Shown: positions 1 to 12,459, numbered from the whole stretch's first letter. The stretch is DNA of 63,503 bases, filler included, from Chiloscyllium plagiosum (GCF_004010195.1; 3 parts of one record of this genome joined end to end with filler, not necessarily neighbours in it), one strand, 5' to 3'. The notes: generated by a model not told the origin, from the sequence alone. A program made the numbers and translations.

Positions 1-1315
1 TCCCTCTCCCCCTTCCGCTTGTAGGTGAGGGTGATGTTGCCTTTCCTCATGGATTCACTCATGGTACCTGCCCGAAGCATACTGACATACCTCCAGCAGG
101 TCCTGGCCAATCAAGTCCCACAGAGCGGAATAGAGCTCGACCGGTAAGTCGTCGCTTCTGGGAGTTTTATTCTTTTCGAAGGACTCGAGGGCCTTGGTCA
201 GCTCATCCAGAGATAGCGGCTGGTCCAGCCTCTCCCATGTTCTGTCGTCTAAGACCTCCGTGATAGAGGACAGGAACGACTGGGAGGCCGCGCTGTCAGT
301 CGGCTTCACGTCATACAGACTGGCATAGAAGAATTAACTGATCCTCATGACGTCAGCCTGAGATGACGTTATCGAGCCATCTTCTTCCTTCAGGCTGCTG
401 AGCACGGAGCTCTCTTTGTGCACCTTTTGGAAGAAGAAACGTGAGCACGTCTCATCCTGCTCCACCGAGCGGACCCTGGACCGGAAGATTATCTTGGAGG
501 CCTCCGAAGCAAAGAGCGAGGCTTGCTGGCCCTTCACCTCCTTGAGGTCCTCCGTGACATCCACCCCCATCGTCTGCAGCAGGAGCAGGTTCTGCATACT
601 TTCCTGGAGCTGGGACAGTTTTCCCCGCCTCTCTCTCATCTCCTGAACACCTTTGAGGATGAAGAACCTCTTGATGTTCCCTTTTACTGTTTCCCACCAG
701 TCCGCTGGGGACTCAAAGGGGGGCTTCATGGTTCTCCAACCTGCGTAGTCCCTCTTGAGCTCCTCAATGTTTCCTGGGGTCAACAGCTTTGTGTTCAGCT
801 TCCACGTTCCCTTACCAGCCCTCTGCTCGTCCTGTAGGTGACAGTCGGCCAGCAGGAGGCAGTGGTCGGAGAAGAACACCGGCTTGACGTCGGTGGATCT
901 GACCGAGAGCGTTCGGGACACAACAGGTAATGTATCCTTGAGCGGATAGACCCGTCTGCCCGTGACCAGGTGTATCTACGCTGCGCTCCGTCTGCAGGGG
1001 TGCTGAAGACGTTGTGTAGCTTGGCATCTTTTACTGTGTCCATCAGGGCTCTGGACGTGACGTCCAGTTTACTGTCCCCCCCGCCGGATCATCCATCTGC
1101 ATCAATGATACAGTTGAAGTCTCCGGCCAGAATGACCGGCCTGTCCTTAGCCAGCAACAGTGGAAGCTGCTGCAGGATGGCCAACCGTTCACTCTTACCC
1201 ACTGGGGAATACGCATTAATCAGTCTCAGGGGAGCATTCCTGTACATGATGTCGGCGACGAGGAGGCGCCCGCCCACCACCTCCTTAACCTCGGAGATGG
1301 TGAAGTTGCCTCCTC
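1..1315 (-). mobile_element. Tx1-clade non-LTR retrotransposon ORF2 fragment (APE endonuclease into linker/RT start), inactivated
   Basis: Minus-strand peptides GRLLVADIMY..LINAYSP..ILAGDFNCI, YTWSRADGSIRSRI, FFSDHCLL, GKGTWKLNT, ETCSRFFF, KTPRSDDLPVELY..WDLIGQDLLEV. Broken by stops and frameshifts; runs off the window start and into the gap at 1316. Confidence 0.9.
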
Positions 1316-1830
1316 NNNNNNNNNNNNNNNNNNNNNNNNNNNNNNNNNNNNNNNNNNNNNNNNNNNNNNNNNNNNNNNNNNNNNNNNNNNNNNNNNNNNN
1401 NNNNNNNNNNNNNNNNNNNNNNNNNNNNNNNNNNNNNNNNNNNNNNNNNNNNNNNNNNNNNNNNNNNNNNNNNNNNNNNNNNNNNNNNNNNNNNNNNNNN
1501 NNNNNNNNNNNNNNNNNNNNNNNNNNNNNNNNNNNNNNNNNNNNNNNNNNNNNNNNNNNNNNNNNNNNNNNNNNNNNNNNNNNNNNNNNNNNNNNNNNNN
1601 NNNNNNNNNNNNNNNNNNNNNNNNNNNNNNNNNNNNNNNNNNNNNNNNNNNNNNNNNNNNNNNNNNNNNNNNNNNNNNNNNNNNNNNNNNNNNNNNNNNN
1701 NNNNNNNNNNNNNNNNNNNNNNNNNNNNNNNNNNNNNNNNNNNNNNNNNNNNNNNNNNNNNNNNNNNNNNNNNNNNNNNNNNNNNNNNNNNNNNNNNNNN
1801 NNNNNNNNNNNNNNNNNNNNNNNNNNNNNN

Positions 1831-2140
1831 CCCTCGCTGGGTGGCTTTGGGAGGTTTCCTCTTCCTGCTTTTCACGGTAATCCAATCCTCTGCCTCCTTT
1901 GATCCCTTCTCTTCCATTTCCTCCGTCTGTCCTGAAGGAGCTTGGATTGGCTGCTGCACCTCCCCGCTGTCTGCCGTCTGCTCCGCTACAGCCTGCCCTT
2001 CCTTCTGGGTGCCTCCAAACACCGTTCCCGTGCTGTTTTGTGGTACCTTGCTGGTCTTAGGCGGGTCCACGGCTCGTGTTGCCACCTCCGGCCATCTGTG
2101 CGTAGGTGGCGGCCCCTCGTCTTGGGCAGGCCTTGTACAT
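1831..2140 (-). mobile_element. Tx1 ORF1 C-terminal part (5'-truncated end of the same copy)
   Basis: Minus strand reads MYKACPRRGAATYAQMAGG (tail of a CCHC knuckle), then a low-complexity E/K/Q-rich segment with WITVKSRKRK. Same strand as, and upstream of, the ORF2 fragment across the gap. Confidence 0.7.
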
Positions 2141-3206
2141 GCAGGTCAGTATCACTGTTTAACTGACTGGGAGGAGTGTACAGCAGGTCAGTATCACAGT
2201 AATGGTGACTGGGAGGGGTGAACAGCAGGTCAGTTTCACTGAGACACACTGGGAGGAGTGTACAGCAGGTCAGTATCACTGTGTAACAGACCGGGAGGGG
2301 TGTACAGCAGGTCAGTATCACTGTGATGGAGACTGGGAGGAGTGTACAGCAGGTCAGTATCACTGTGAAACAGACTGGGAGGAGTGTACAGTGGGTCTGT
2401 ATCACTGAAGGAGACTGGGAAGACTGTACAGCAGGTCAGTATCACTGTGATGGAGACTGGGAGGAGTGTACAGCAGGTCAGTATCACTGTGATGGAGACT
2501 GGCAGGGGTGTACAGCAGGACAGTATCACTGTGTAACAGACTGGGAGGAGAATACAGCAGGTCAGTATCACTGTGAAGGAGACTGGGAGGGGTGTACAGC
2601 AGGTCAGTATCACTGTAACAGACTGGGAGGAGTGTACAGCAGGTCAGTATCACTGTGATGGAGACTGGGAGAGGTGTACAGCAGGTCAGTATCACTGTGA
2701 AGGTGACTGGGGGGGGTGTACAGCAGGTCAGTATCACTGTGTAACAGATGGGAGGGGTGTACAGCAGGTCAGTATCACTGTGATGGAGACTGGGAGGACT
2801 GTACAGCAGGTCAATATCACTGTGTAACAGACTGGGAGGAGTGTACAGCAGGTCAGTATCACTGTGACGGAGACTGGGAGGACTGTACAGCAGGTCAATA
2901 TCACTGTGACGGAGACTGGGAGGACTGTACAGCAGGTCAGAATCAGTGTGAAACAGACTGGGTGGAGTGTACAGAGTTGAAAAATGTGGTGCTGGAAAAA
3001 CACAGCAGGCCCGGCAGCATCCGAGGAGCAGAAGTGAAGAAGGGGCTATGACCGAAATATTGATTCTCCTGCTGCTCGGATGCTGCCTGGCCTGCTGTTT
3101 TTCCAGCACCACATTTTTCAACTCTGGTACTCCAGCATCTGCAGTCCTCACTTTCTCCTGGGAGGAGTGTACAGCAGGTCAGTGTCACGGTGAAACAGAC
3201 TGGGAA
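2141..3206. repeat. Minisatellite, ~42-bp unit (gactgggaggagtgtacagcaggtcagtatcactgtgatgga), ~20 copies, interrupted at 2973-3159
   Basis: Directly visible tandem array; translates as 14-aa repeats (DWEECTAGQYHCDG). Confidence 0.97.
2973..3159 (+). mobile_element. Miniature palindromic Penelope-like element (family A terminal repeat)
   Basis: Arm 2973-3032 is inverted against ~3064-3125. Degenerate tgaaga..gaaa core between the arms; 34-nt tail ending ctgcagtcctcactttctcct. Confidence 0.8.
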
Positions 3207-3545
3207 TGGGGCGCTGTGTGAGAAGGGCATCAGAAGGTGATGACTTTAAAAAAAAGTGGCAGAGTTCCTTCCGCATGTTTCTGTTTGTCAGAGGTGGAAT
3301 GTAATATCATAGGAAAACAATAGTTAACCAGTGGGTATTTCTTCAATGTCAGTTTTGATTGGCTGCGTGTTTTAAATCAGATGGTATTGTCATTACTGAT
3401 GAGTGTAGTTAAGAAACTCACTTTTAAGCTACTTAACATCCAAATTTAGATTTAAAAGATATCGGGATGGCTTGAGGTGTTGCAGTTGTAGAATGCGGAA
3501 ATTAGAGGATGCTAGTGCACTCTATACTGACCATATCTGCAGCAA

Positions 3546-4110
3546 GTCAGAGTCAAATAGCATGGAAATAAACCCTAAGGTCCAACTTGTCCATGCCTAC
3601 TAAGTTTCCCAAGCTAAACTAGTCCCATTTGCCTACATTTGACCCATATCCCTCTCAACCCTTCCTACTTATGTACTTGTCCAATTGTCTTTGAAAAATT
3701 ATAACTGTATCTGCATCTACCACTTCCCCTTGCAGTTCACTCATATCCGAACCACTCTCTGTGAAAACCTTGCCCCCCAGGTGCATTTTAAATCATTCTC
3801 CTCTCACCTTTAAAAGTATACCCAGTGGTTTTGGACTCCCTCATCCCAGGTGAAAGACCTTTACTATTCACCGTATCTGTGCCCCTCATGATTTTATAAA
3901 CCTCTTTTACATCATCATTCCATCTCTTACTCTCCAGTGAAGAGTCTCAGCCTCTCCAGCTTGTAAAGCCTCTCCTTGATAACTGAAACCCTCCAGTCCT
4001 GGTACATCCTGCTAAATGTTTTCTGCATCCTTTCCAATTTAACAATTTTCTTTGTTTACACAGTACTCCAGAAGTGGCCTCACCAACATTCTGCACATGT
4101 CCAAGGAACT
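3546..4110 (-). mobile_element. CR1 LINE 3' fragment
   Basis: Similar to the 3' ends of other CR1 copies (18815-19960, 46872-47310), including the (ga)gtc-type tail and the RT C-terminal region. Confidence 0.8.
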
Positions 4111-4124
4111 CCAGTTTAGAGTTG

Positions 4125-5420
4125 ATGATTTGATTTGATTTAAGTTGACTTGATTTGAATCAATTTATTGTTGTGACATGTACCATGATACAGTGAAAAG
4201 TGTTCTTTGTGTACTGTAGAGACAGATTGTACCACACAAGGTGCAACAGGATAGCAGAACAGAGTGCAGAATATACTGTTCCAACAGCACAGAAGATGCA
4301 GAGAGAGAGATCAACATTAACATTTGAGAGGTCCTTTCAAAAGTCTGGTAACGGTGAGGAAGAAGCTGTTCTTGCATCTGTTCATATGTGTATTCAAACT
4401 TTTATATCCTCTGTCTGATGAAGAGTGTAAAACAGCGATGGGAGGGGTCTTTGATTATGTTGGTTGCTTTCCAGAGTCAGTGGAAGTATAAATGGAGTCA
4501 ATGGATGGAAGACCGGTTTGTGTGATGGCCTGGGCTGTGTTCCTGACTCTGTAGTATATTGTGATTTTCAGTAGAGCAGTTGCCATACCACTCTATGATG
4601 CATTCAGCTAGGATACTTTCTATGGTGCATCTATAAAAATTGGTTAGCGTCTGTCAACTAGCTTAATTTCCTTAGCCTCCTGAGGTGTAGAGGCATTGTT
4701 GTGCTTTCTTGACTATTGGGTCAACAGGTGTGGACCAGGACAGATTGTTGGTGATCACCACTCGCAGGAATGTGATACACTCAATCATTTACACCTCAGC
4801 GCCATTGATGCAAACAGAACGTGCCCTCCACTCTGCTTCCTGAAGTTAATGTCCAGCTCCTTTATTTTGCTGACGTCGGTGGAGAGATTGTTGACTTTAC
4901 ACAATGCCTCTAAGGTCTCAATCTCTTTCCTGTACTCTATCGCTGTTGTTTGAGTTCCGACCTACACGGTGGTGTTGTCAGCAAACTTATAAATAGGATT
5001 GGGGTGGAATGTGAGTGTGTATTAGGAGTGTAGTACGGGTCTGTGTACGCAACCTTGTGGAGCACCGGTGTTGAGAGTGTATTAGGAGTGTAGTACGGGT
5101 CTGTGTACGCAACCTTGTGGAGCACCGGTGTTGAGGATTATTGTGGAGGTGTTGTTGCTTATTCTTACTCATTGCAGTCTATGGGTCAGGATGTCAAGGA
5201 TCCAGTTACAGAGCGGGGAGCTGAGACCTAAGTCTGAGTTTGCAGGTGAGTTTTTTTGGAATTATGGTGTTAAAAGCAGAGCTGTAGTTAGTAAGTGGAA
5301 GCCTGACTTAGGTATCCTTCTTATCCAGATGTTTCAGGAATGGGTGTAGGGCCAGGGAGATGGTGCCTACCATACATCTGCTGTGCCAGTAGGTGAACTG
5401 CAAAGGATAAGGCAATTTGG
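4125..5420 (-). mobile_element. Rex1/Babar-type non-LTR element, degenerate 3' half
   Basis: Minus strand near 4580-4630 reads CTIESILAECIIEWYGNC (Rex1-like TIESIL..CI..WYG). (ttgat)n tail at ~4125-4160. Confidence 0.75.
5017..5135. repeat. 60-bp tandem duplication (2 copies) inside the Rex1 relic
   Basis: gtgtattaggagtgtagtacgggtctgtgtacgcaaccttgtggagcaccggtgttgag occurs twice with period 60. Confidence 0.95.
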
Positions 5421-5424
5421 CAGA

Positions 5425-6588
5425 CTGGAGTTGATGTGAACCCTCCTCCGTTATCAATAATACTCTCAATCACATCTCCTCCATTTCCCACACCTCTGCC
5501 CTCCAACCCCATGCCCTCAATCACAACTAGGATAGAATCCCCCTGGTCTTCACATTCCACCCACCAATCTCTAAATCCAGCGTGTTATCCTCTGCCATGT
5601 TTGTCACCTACAGTCAGACCCCACTACCAAAACCATATTTTCCTTCCCATCCCTATCTGCCCTCTGTATGGACAGGTCCTTCTGTGTCTCTCTCTTTAGG
5701 TCCACACTCCCCACCAAATCCCTCTCCACACCTTCCCTTTAGGTACCTTCCCCAATCGCCACAAGAAATGCAAAACCTGCACCCAAGCCTCCTCCCTCAC
5801 CTCCCTCCAAGGCCCCAAAGGGCCATTCCAAATCCAGCAGAGACTTACTTGCATATCCTCAAACCTCATTTACTGCATCCATTGCTCTCAATGTGGTCTC
5901 CTGTACATCGAAGAGACGGAGCACAATCTCATGGAATGGCTCAGGGAGCATCTCTGGTTCTTACACGCCAACCAACCCCACCTTCCTGTGGCCAAATATT
6001 TCAACTACCCATCTCACTGCCCATTCTGGGTCTCCACTGCCTGACCAAGGCCACCTGCAAACTGGAGGAGGAACACCTCATTTTCATCTCGGGGGCCTAC
6101 AACCACATGGCCTCAACACTGAATTCACCAATTTCCAAATCTCCCCTCCTCCCACCCTATCTCAGATCCAACCGGTTCCGCCTAGGAATCCTCCAACCAC
6201 AAGGGATGAACTCAGATTTCTCCAGTTTCCTCATTTCCCCTCCCCCCACCTTGTCTCAGTCCCAACCCTCGAACTCAGCAGCACCTTCCTAACCGGCAAT
6301 CTTCTTCCTGACCTCTCCGCCCCCACCCCCACTCCGGCCTATCACCCTCACCTTATCACCCTCACCTTAACCTCCTTCCACCTATTGCATTTCCAACACC
6401 CCTCCCCCAAGTCCCCCCTCCCTACCTTTTATCTTAGCCTGCTTGCCACACTTTCCTCATTCCTGAAGAAGGGCTCATGCCCGAAACGTCGATTCTCCTG
6501 CTCCTCGGATGCTGCCTGACCTGCTGCGCTTTTCCAGCAACACATTTTCAGCTCTGATCTCCAGCATCTGCAGTCCTCACTTTCTCCT
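5425..6588 (+). mobile_element. Penelope-like element family A: degenerate GIY-YIG region plus younger 3' pseudo-LTR
   Basis: SSNLIYCIHCSQCGLLYIEET..LREH-like endonuclease relic (5855-5960), LGILQPQGMNSDFSSF, C-rich 3' region, then hammerhead core and family A terminal sequence. Confidence 0.85.
6459..6494 (+). ncRNA. Minimal type-I hammerhead ribozyme motif (PLE-associated)
   Basis: attc-CTGAAGA-a-gggc(tcat)gccc-GAAAC-GTC-gatt: CUGANGA and GAAA boxes, 4-bp stem II, palindromic ACGT in place of stem III. Activity not shown. Confidence 0.7.
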
Positions 6589-6589
6589 T

Positions 6590-7510
6590 TCTCTTAAACT
6601 TGAGAATATTAGCTTGAGACCCAAGTTGCTCTTCTTCAAACTGAATTTGAAATTCCACCAGGTTGTGATTACTATGATCTTAAGGATCCTTAACTATGAG
6701 ATCATTTAAGTCCGATCAGGTTGCATGTTACTCGGTTTTGCAACGTACTGCTTTAAGAAACAAGTCCTGATGCTTTCTACAAATTCATCTTCCATGGCAT
6801 GCTTGCCTATTATGATGTTTCCTGTCAACTTGCAGAACAAAGTGAACCATGACTATTGCAGTGCCTCACTTACATGCTTCCATTATTTCCTGACTTTTAT
6901 TTCATCTGGGGACTGGTACACAATTCCCACAATGATTTCTTTCCTTTGCTTTTCCTTAGTTCCACCCATACAGAGTCCACCTCCTGATCTGTTGCACTAA
7001 ATACCTTGTAATGTTGCAGCCATGTCTTTGTCTCTTCTTTATAAGCCATGGTCACTTAATTCTCTTTCTGCCATCAACTCATTTATCTTGTTAGAAATGC
7101 TGCATCCATTCAGATATTGTTACCATGAATACAGATTATTGTTCTAATTTCTGCTTCACTCTTCTGCTATATTTTCTGCCCAATCCTGTGACACTTCGAT
7201 AATCATTCACTGTCTCACTACCCTGAACCTCTGCTCTCTCATTTCTTTCATTTCTAAACTTCCCTTCAATTGAAGCCTTCTCTCACTAATTAGTTTAAAA
7301 TCCAATCCACAATCTTAGTTATAATGATTCACCAGAGCACTGGTCCTAGCGTGGTTCAAGTGAAGTTCATTCCAAAGGAACATCTTTCTCTTTTCCCAGC
7401 ACTGATCCCAATGCCCCTTGAATCAGCACCCATTTCCCCCACACCAATCTTTGAGTCCAACATTAGCTTCTTTAGTCTTATTTGCCATACACCAACTTGA
7501 AAAGTTAATA
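6590..7510 (-). mobile_element. Old CR1 relic (ORF1/endonuclease region)
   Basis: Diffuse similarity to 27650-28560 and 15620-15960; highly decayed. Confidence 0.5.
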
Positions 7511-7784
7511 ATCCCAAGATTTACTGCATCCATTGCTCTCAATGTGGTCTCCTCCACATTGGGGTGATTATTAACGTGTTTCTGATTTTTAATTTAGCTC
7601 CAAGTTGCTCATAACCACAAAGAATAGATTCTATTCCCCTAACTATGCTATCCCCTATTAGCACTATATTTCTCTTTATTCTCTTTATAGTACCAAAGTA
7701 CTATAGTGCTTTGGTCTGCAAGACAATGTCCACGTAACTTTTCCCTCTCTTACATGGCACAGTGTCTGCAGGTCAGACTCCAGC

Positions 7785-7838
7785 TGTGACCTCCATAATT
7801 ATGAAGTGCTTCGAGAGGCTAGTCATGGCTCACATCAA
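7785..7838 (+). mobile_element. Short Rex1 RT fragment
   Basis: Encodes TSIIMKCFERLVMAHI. Confidence 0.65.
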
Positions 7839-8541
7839 GGAAATAGTGAGGACTGCAGAAGCTGGAGAGTCAGAGTCGATAAAGTGTGGCACTGGAAGCT
7901 GCACAGCCAGTCAGGCAGCATCCGAGGAGGAGTGTCGACATTTCGGGCAGGACCCCTTCATGTCTGGGGAGGGAGAAGGGGGCTGAGAAATAAGTGGGGG
8001 GGGGGAGGGAGTTGGGTCTGGGGAAAAGGTAGGTTTGATGGCAGTAAATGGATGTAGATAAGAGGTGATGGTGCTAGGTCAGTGGGAGGGATGGACCAGA
8101 TAGGTGGGAAGGAAATTGGACAGGTAAAGGAGCGGTGCTGAGTTGAAAGGTTGGATCTGGAATAGGGTGAGGGGAGGGGAGATTTGGAAATTGGTGAATT
8201 CAGTGTTGAGGCCATGTGGTTGTAGGCTCCCGAGATGAAAATGAGATGTTCCTCCTCCAGTTTGCAGGTGGCCTTGGTCAGGCAGTGGAGACCCAGAATG
8301 GGCAGTGAGATGGGTAGTTGGAATATTTGGCCACGGGAAGGTGGAATTGGTTGGCGTGTAAGAACCAGAGATGTTCCCTGAGCCATTCGATGAGATTGTG
8401 CTCCGTCTCTTCGATGTAGAGGAGACTACATCGAGAGCAATGGATGCAGTAAATGAGGTTTGAGGATATGAGGTTCAATTCTTCTGCTCCTTGGATGCTG
8501 CCTGACCTGCTGTGCTTTTCCAGCAACACATTTTCAGCTCT
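7839..8541 (-). mobile_element. Penelope-like element family A 3' fragment with inverted terminal arm
   Basis: Terminal sequence at 7839-7965, GIY-YIG relic to ~8475, then inverted terminal arm 8478-8541. Confidence 0.85.
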
Positions 8542-8544
8542 TTA

Positions 8545-10375
8545 CTTAAATAAAGGCAATTACAAAAATATGAAGAACAAGTTCTTTAAAGGAGTTTGGG
8601 ACAATAAAAGGAGATGCTCCATAATGCTCAGGAAGAATTTATTCTGGTCGAAAAGAAGGACTTGATGAACAGGACGAACCAACAATGGTGAATAAAGGTG
8701 GTCAAGGAGAGTATCCAATCATAAACAAAGGCATAGAAAGTGGCAAAAACTAGCCAAAAGATGGGAACATTTTAGGAAGCAGCAGCAGATAACTACACAA
8801 ATAATAAAGGGAAAAAGTTGATTTAGAGAAGTAAATAGGCAAGAAACATAAAAACAAAAAGCAAAAGCTTCTACAGGTAAATAAATAATAGTGACTAAAC
8901 AGAATGAAAGATCTTTGAAGGATGTGACTAGGTATTTGCTAATTGGGAACAAGGAAATGGCAAGATAATTTAACCCAATATTTTCCATCAGTCTTCATGG
9001 TGGACCGACATTGTAAACATCCCAAAGACATAAGATCAGCAAGGTGTTAATGCGAGGTAAGGCCTTGTAATTATATCTATCACAAGGGACAAAGTATTAC
9101 AAATTGCCTGGATTTGATGGCAATTCCTAGCATTTTAAAGGAAGTGGAGATAGTGGAGGCACTCCACTGGATTCCCGGAGACTTCAGCAAATTGGAAAAC
9201 AGTTCATATGATACACCTATTCAGGAAGGGTAGGAGACAGAGAAAAAAAATCACAAGTTAATTGGTTAACATTGCTAGAGTCTATTGTTATGGAAGAAAT
9301 AGCAACCTGTTTAGAAAAGTTTAATGCAATCAAATAAATCCAACTTTTTTGAAAGGGAAGCATATTTGGAAAAATATGCTAGAGTTTGAGAATTGATAAA
9401 GGTGAACTGGTAGATGTAGTGCATTTGGATTTCCACAAGGCATTTGATGAAGTGTCACATAAAAGGTTATTTCACCAAATATAAACTCCGGCTATTGGGG
9501 GTAATGTATTACCTTGGACTGAGGATTGGTTAACACATGAGACAGAATTGCCTACTTCTCTTATCATAGTCAACTTAGGACTCTTTACTTGAGGACAGAT
9601 GTAGTTGTATTGGTGGCAGTTCAGAAGCAGTTCACTAGATTAATTCCATAGATGAGGGATTTGTCTCCTGAAGAGAGATTGAGCTATTTTGGTCTGTACA
9701 CCTGAGTTTAGAAGAATAAGAGGAAATCTAACTGAGGTATATAAGATGCTAAAGAAGACTGACAAAATAAGCATAGGATATTTCCTAATGTGGATAATCC
9801 AGAACAAGTTTTATGGGTGGCACGGTGGCTCAGTGGTTAGCACTGCAGCCTCACAGTGCTAGAGACCTGGGTTTGATGCCAGCCTCAGGTGACTGTCTGT
9901 CTGGAGTTTGCACATTCTCCCTATGTCTGTGCAGGTTTCCTCCCACAATCCAAAAATGCGTGGGCCAGATGGATTGGCCATGCTAAATTGCCTATTGTAT
10001 TAGGTGCATTAGCCACAGGGAAATGGGTTTGTGTGGATTACCTTTGGTGTGTGCACTTCTTGGGCCCATTAGCCTGTTTCCACACTGTAGGGAATCTAAT
10101 CTAATTTTAGGATAAGGGGTAACAGGTTTAAAACAGCAATGAGGAGAAACTACTTCTCTCATATGGTCATGAATCTATGGCATTTACTGCCCCAAAATGT
10201 GATAGATACTGGTGCACTTAATAAATTGTCTATCTCTTTCTTAAATTTACTAAATAGTAATGGGTTGAAGGGCGATGGAGAGTGAGTAGGAAAATAGAGT
10301 TGAAGCCGAACTGAGAGTAGTCATGATCAATGGTGGAGCAGCTTCAAGGGGTTGTTCTTATTTCATATGTTCTTA
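8545..10375 (+). mobile_element. Degenerate CR1 ORF2, interrupted by a SINE at 9815-10105
   Basis: Relic motifs VDVVHLDFHKAFDEVSHKRL (9410-9470) and a CR1-type 3' region. Confidence 0.8.
9815..10105 (+). mobile_element. tRNA-derived SINE (HE1/V-SINE type)
   Basis: A box tggctcagtggttagc, B-box-like gggtttgatgcc, conserved core, (aatct)n tail. Confidence 0.88.
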
Positions 10376-11067
10376 TATTCAATCAACATTTCCTTCTCAA
10401 AATGTTCAAAGGTTGTTTTTCCTTGACATTGGCATCTCTAGCACATTGTCCTGATGAGTGCAAGACATCAATCTTGGACAAAATGTGTATTTCTCAGCAA
10501 TATTCAAAGTTTATACTATGAGTAATGCTTCAAACCGGTTAACAAAAGTTTATTTAGGACTCAAGACATCTTCAATAATTTGTAATTTAGGACAGATCGA
10601 GGCTGGCCTAAGAGACAAGATCTGAGGCATTCCAGGGGTAACAAGGATAGTATAGATCCAAAGAGGTAGCCATGTGGCAGTCAGGTCTAAGTCTTTGTTA
10701 ACACATTTGCTCAAGTGGAAATAGGCCAAGGCTAATTTCTACCAAAGTAATGTAGCAGATGTTAGGAAATCTTTTAAACACCGTGAAATAATTGCTCATA
10801 ATTAAGGCTGAGTGCGCTGTCTAAATGCAAATGTATTACTCAAGACACCAAACGTGCAATAACTATTACAAATATAACAAAGATTCATACAACTTGGCTT
10901 CTTGTAGAGCCAAAGAAATCAAAACTGGTCTCTCTAGATGTTTGACTACCAACTGTCCTGTGTGTTCTGAGCTTAGCTGAATGTTTTTTGATAGATAATA
11001 TAATCTTTCTTTGTGAATTGCTGCCTTACACATGAAACGTCAAATGTATATTAAACCATGTCTATTG

Positions 11068-11420
11068 TGGGCAGCATGGTGGCTAAGTAGTTAGCACTGC
11101 TGTCTCACAGTGCCATGGACCTGGGTTCAATTCTAACCTCTAACTTGTCTGTGTCAAGTTTGCATGTTCTCCCTGTGTCTGCGTGGGTTTCCTCTGGGTG
11201 CACCAGTTTCCTCCCATAATCCAAAGATGTTCAGGCCAGGTAAGTTGGCCATGTTAAATTGCCCATAGTTTTCAGGAACGTTTATGTTAGGTGGATTAGT
11301 CAGGGGAAATGTAGAGTAATAGGGTTGGGGGAATGGGTCTGTGTGGGTTACTCTTCAGAGGGTTGGTGTGGACTTGTTGGGCCAAATGGCCTGTTTCCAT
11401 ACTGTAGGAATTTTAGTCTT
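11068..11420 (+). mobile_element. tRNA-derived SINE (HE1/V-SINE type)
   Basis: A box, B box gggttcaattc, same body as the other copies. Confidence 0.88.
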
Positions 11421-11717
11421 TTTAAAAAATCTTTCAAGTTCCTACTCAATCAACCACCAGGTTTGATGTGATGGCTGTCTTGATAGTTTAACAGTAAAGC
11501 ATTTAGTATTGAAAAGGAAACAACCATGCCGCCTTAAGCTTTGTGCAATGGCAGTATTGTTGTGACTGTTGCTGAAATCAGCAAAAATAAAATGCATTTT
11601 CAAACATAGTTTAAGGTGTGACATCTGGGTTGCTTCCATCACGGGTTCAGTTTTGGTGGAGGGTTATAATGTTGACTTTCAACTTTAGTATTTTGCAGGT
11701 GCTTCCATGGAGACACT

Positions 11718-12128
11718 GAATAGGCTGGGGTTATTTTCCCTGAAGCGTTGGAGGCTGAGGGGTGGCTTTATAGAAGTTTATAAAATCATGGGGGGGTAGG
11801 GATAGGGTAAATAGACAAGGACTTTTTCCCAGGGTCGGGCAGTCCAAAGGTAGAGGGCATAGGTTTAAGGTGAGAGGAGAAAGATTTAAAAGGGATGTAA
11901 GGGGCGACTTTTTCACATTGAGGGTGATGTGTGTATGGAATGAGCTGCTAGAGAAGTGGTGGAGGCTGGTGCAATTACAACATTTAAAAGGCATCTGGAT
12001 GGGTATGTGAATAGGAGGGGTTTAGAGGGATATGGGTCAAATGCTGGCAAATTTCGGATATCTGTTTGGCATGGATGAATTGGACTGAAGTGTCTGTTTC
12101 CCTGCTGTACAGCTCTATGACTCTGAGT
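11718..12128 (+). mobile_element. CR1 LINE 3' end
   Basis: LNRLGLFSLKRWRLRGGFIEVYKIM motif; ends ctctatgactct. Confidence 0.9.
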
Positions 12129-12459
12129 CTGTAACTTAACATTTGCAAGAGATCAAAACTGAAGTGTATCACCTTTACATAGCTAGAATGGAGCCGATCC
12201 CAAAAGGAACAGGGTCAGAGAATCAACAGATGGTGATCGAAAACCTTTTCTCTGATTAATGGTCCTTAGATCATCAGCTCCATTTTGGGAGCTTTGAATC
12301 AAAGATTTTACACTCAAGAGGCTGGAGAATTTACCCTCAATCCTGATGAATGTATTCTCCTGCTCCCTTAATCAGTTACTCTATGCCTGTTCTTATTAAC
12401 AAGTAAGTCAGATACAGGGTGAATCAGTCGCCCTGTGCCTTCTGCAAGTAAGTAAAAGT

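Noticed and set aside
970..2085. Long ORFs spanning N runs (also 40441-41521 and 47158-48454)
   Set aside because: Their length is an artefact of translating through assembly gaps.
2141..3206. 42-bp array as a CRISPR array or Cys/His repeat protein
   Set aside because: Head-to-tail units with no unique spacers, no cas genes, eukaryotic context; frames shift with 40/41-bp variants.
9815..9890. tRNA genes at SINE heads
   Set aside because: A/B boxes run straight into the SINE body; no complete cloverleaf.
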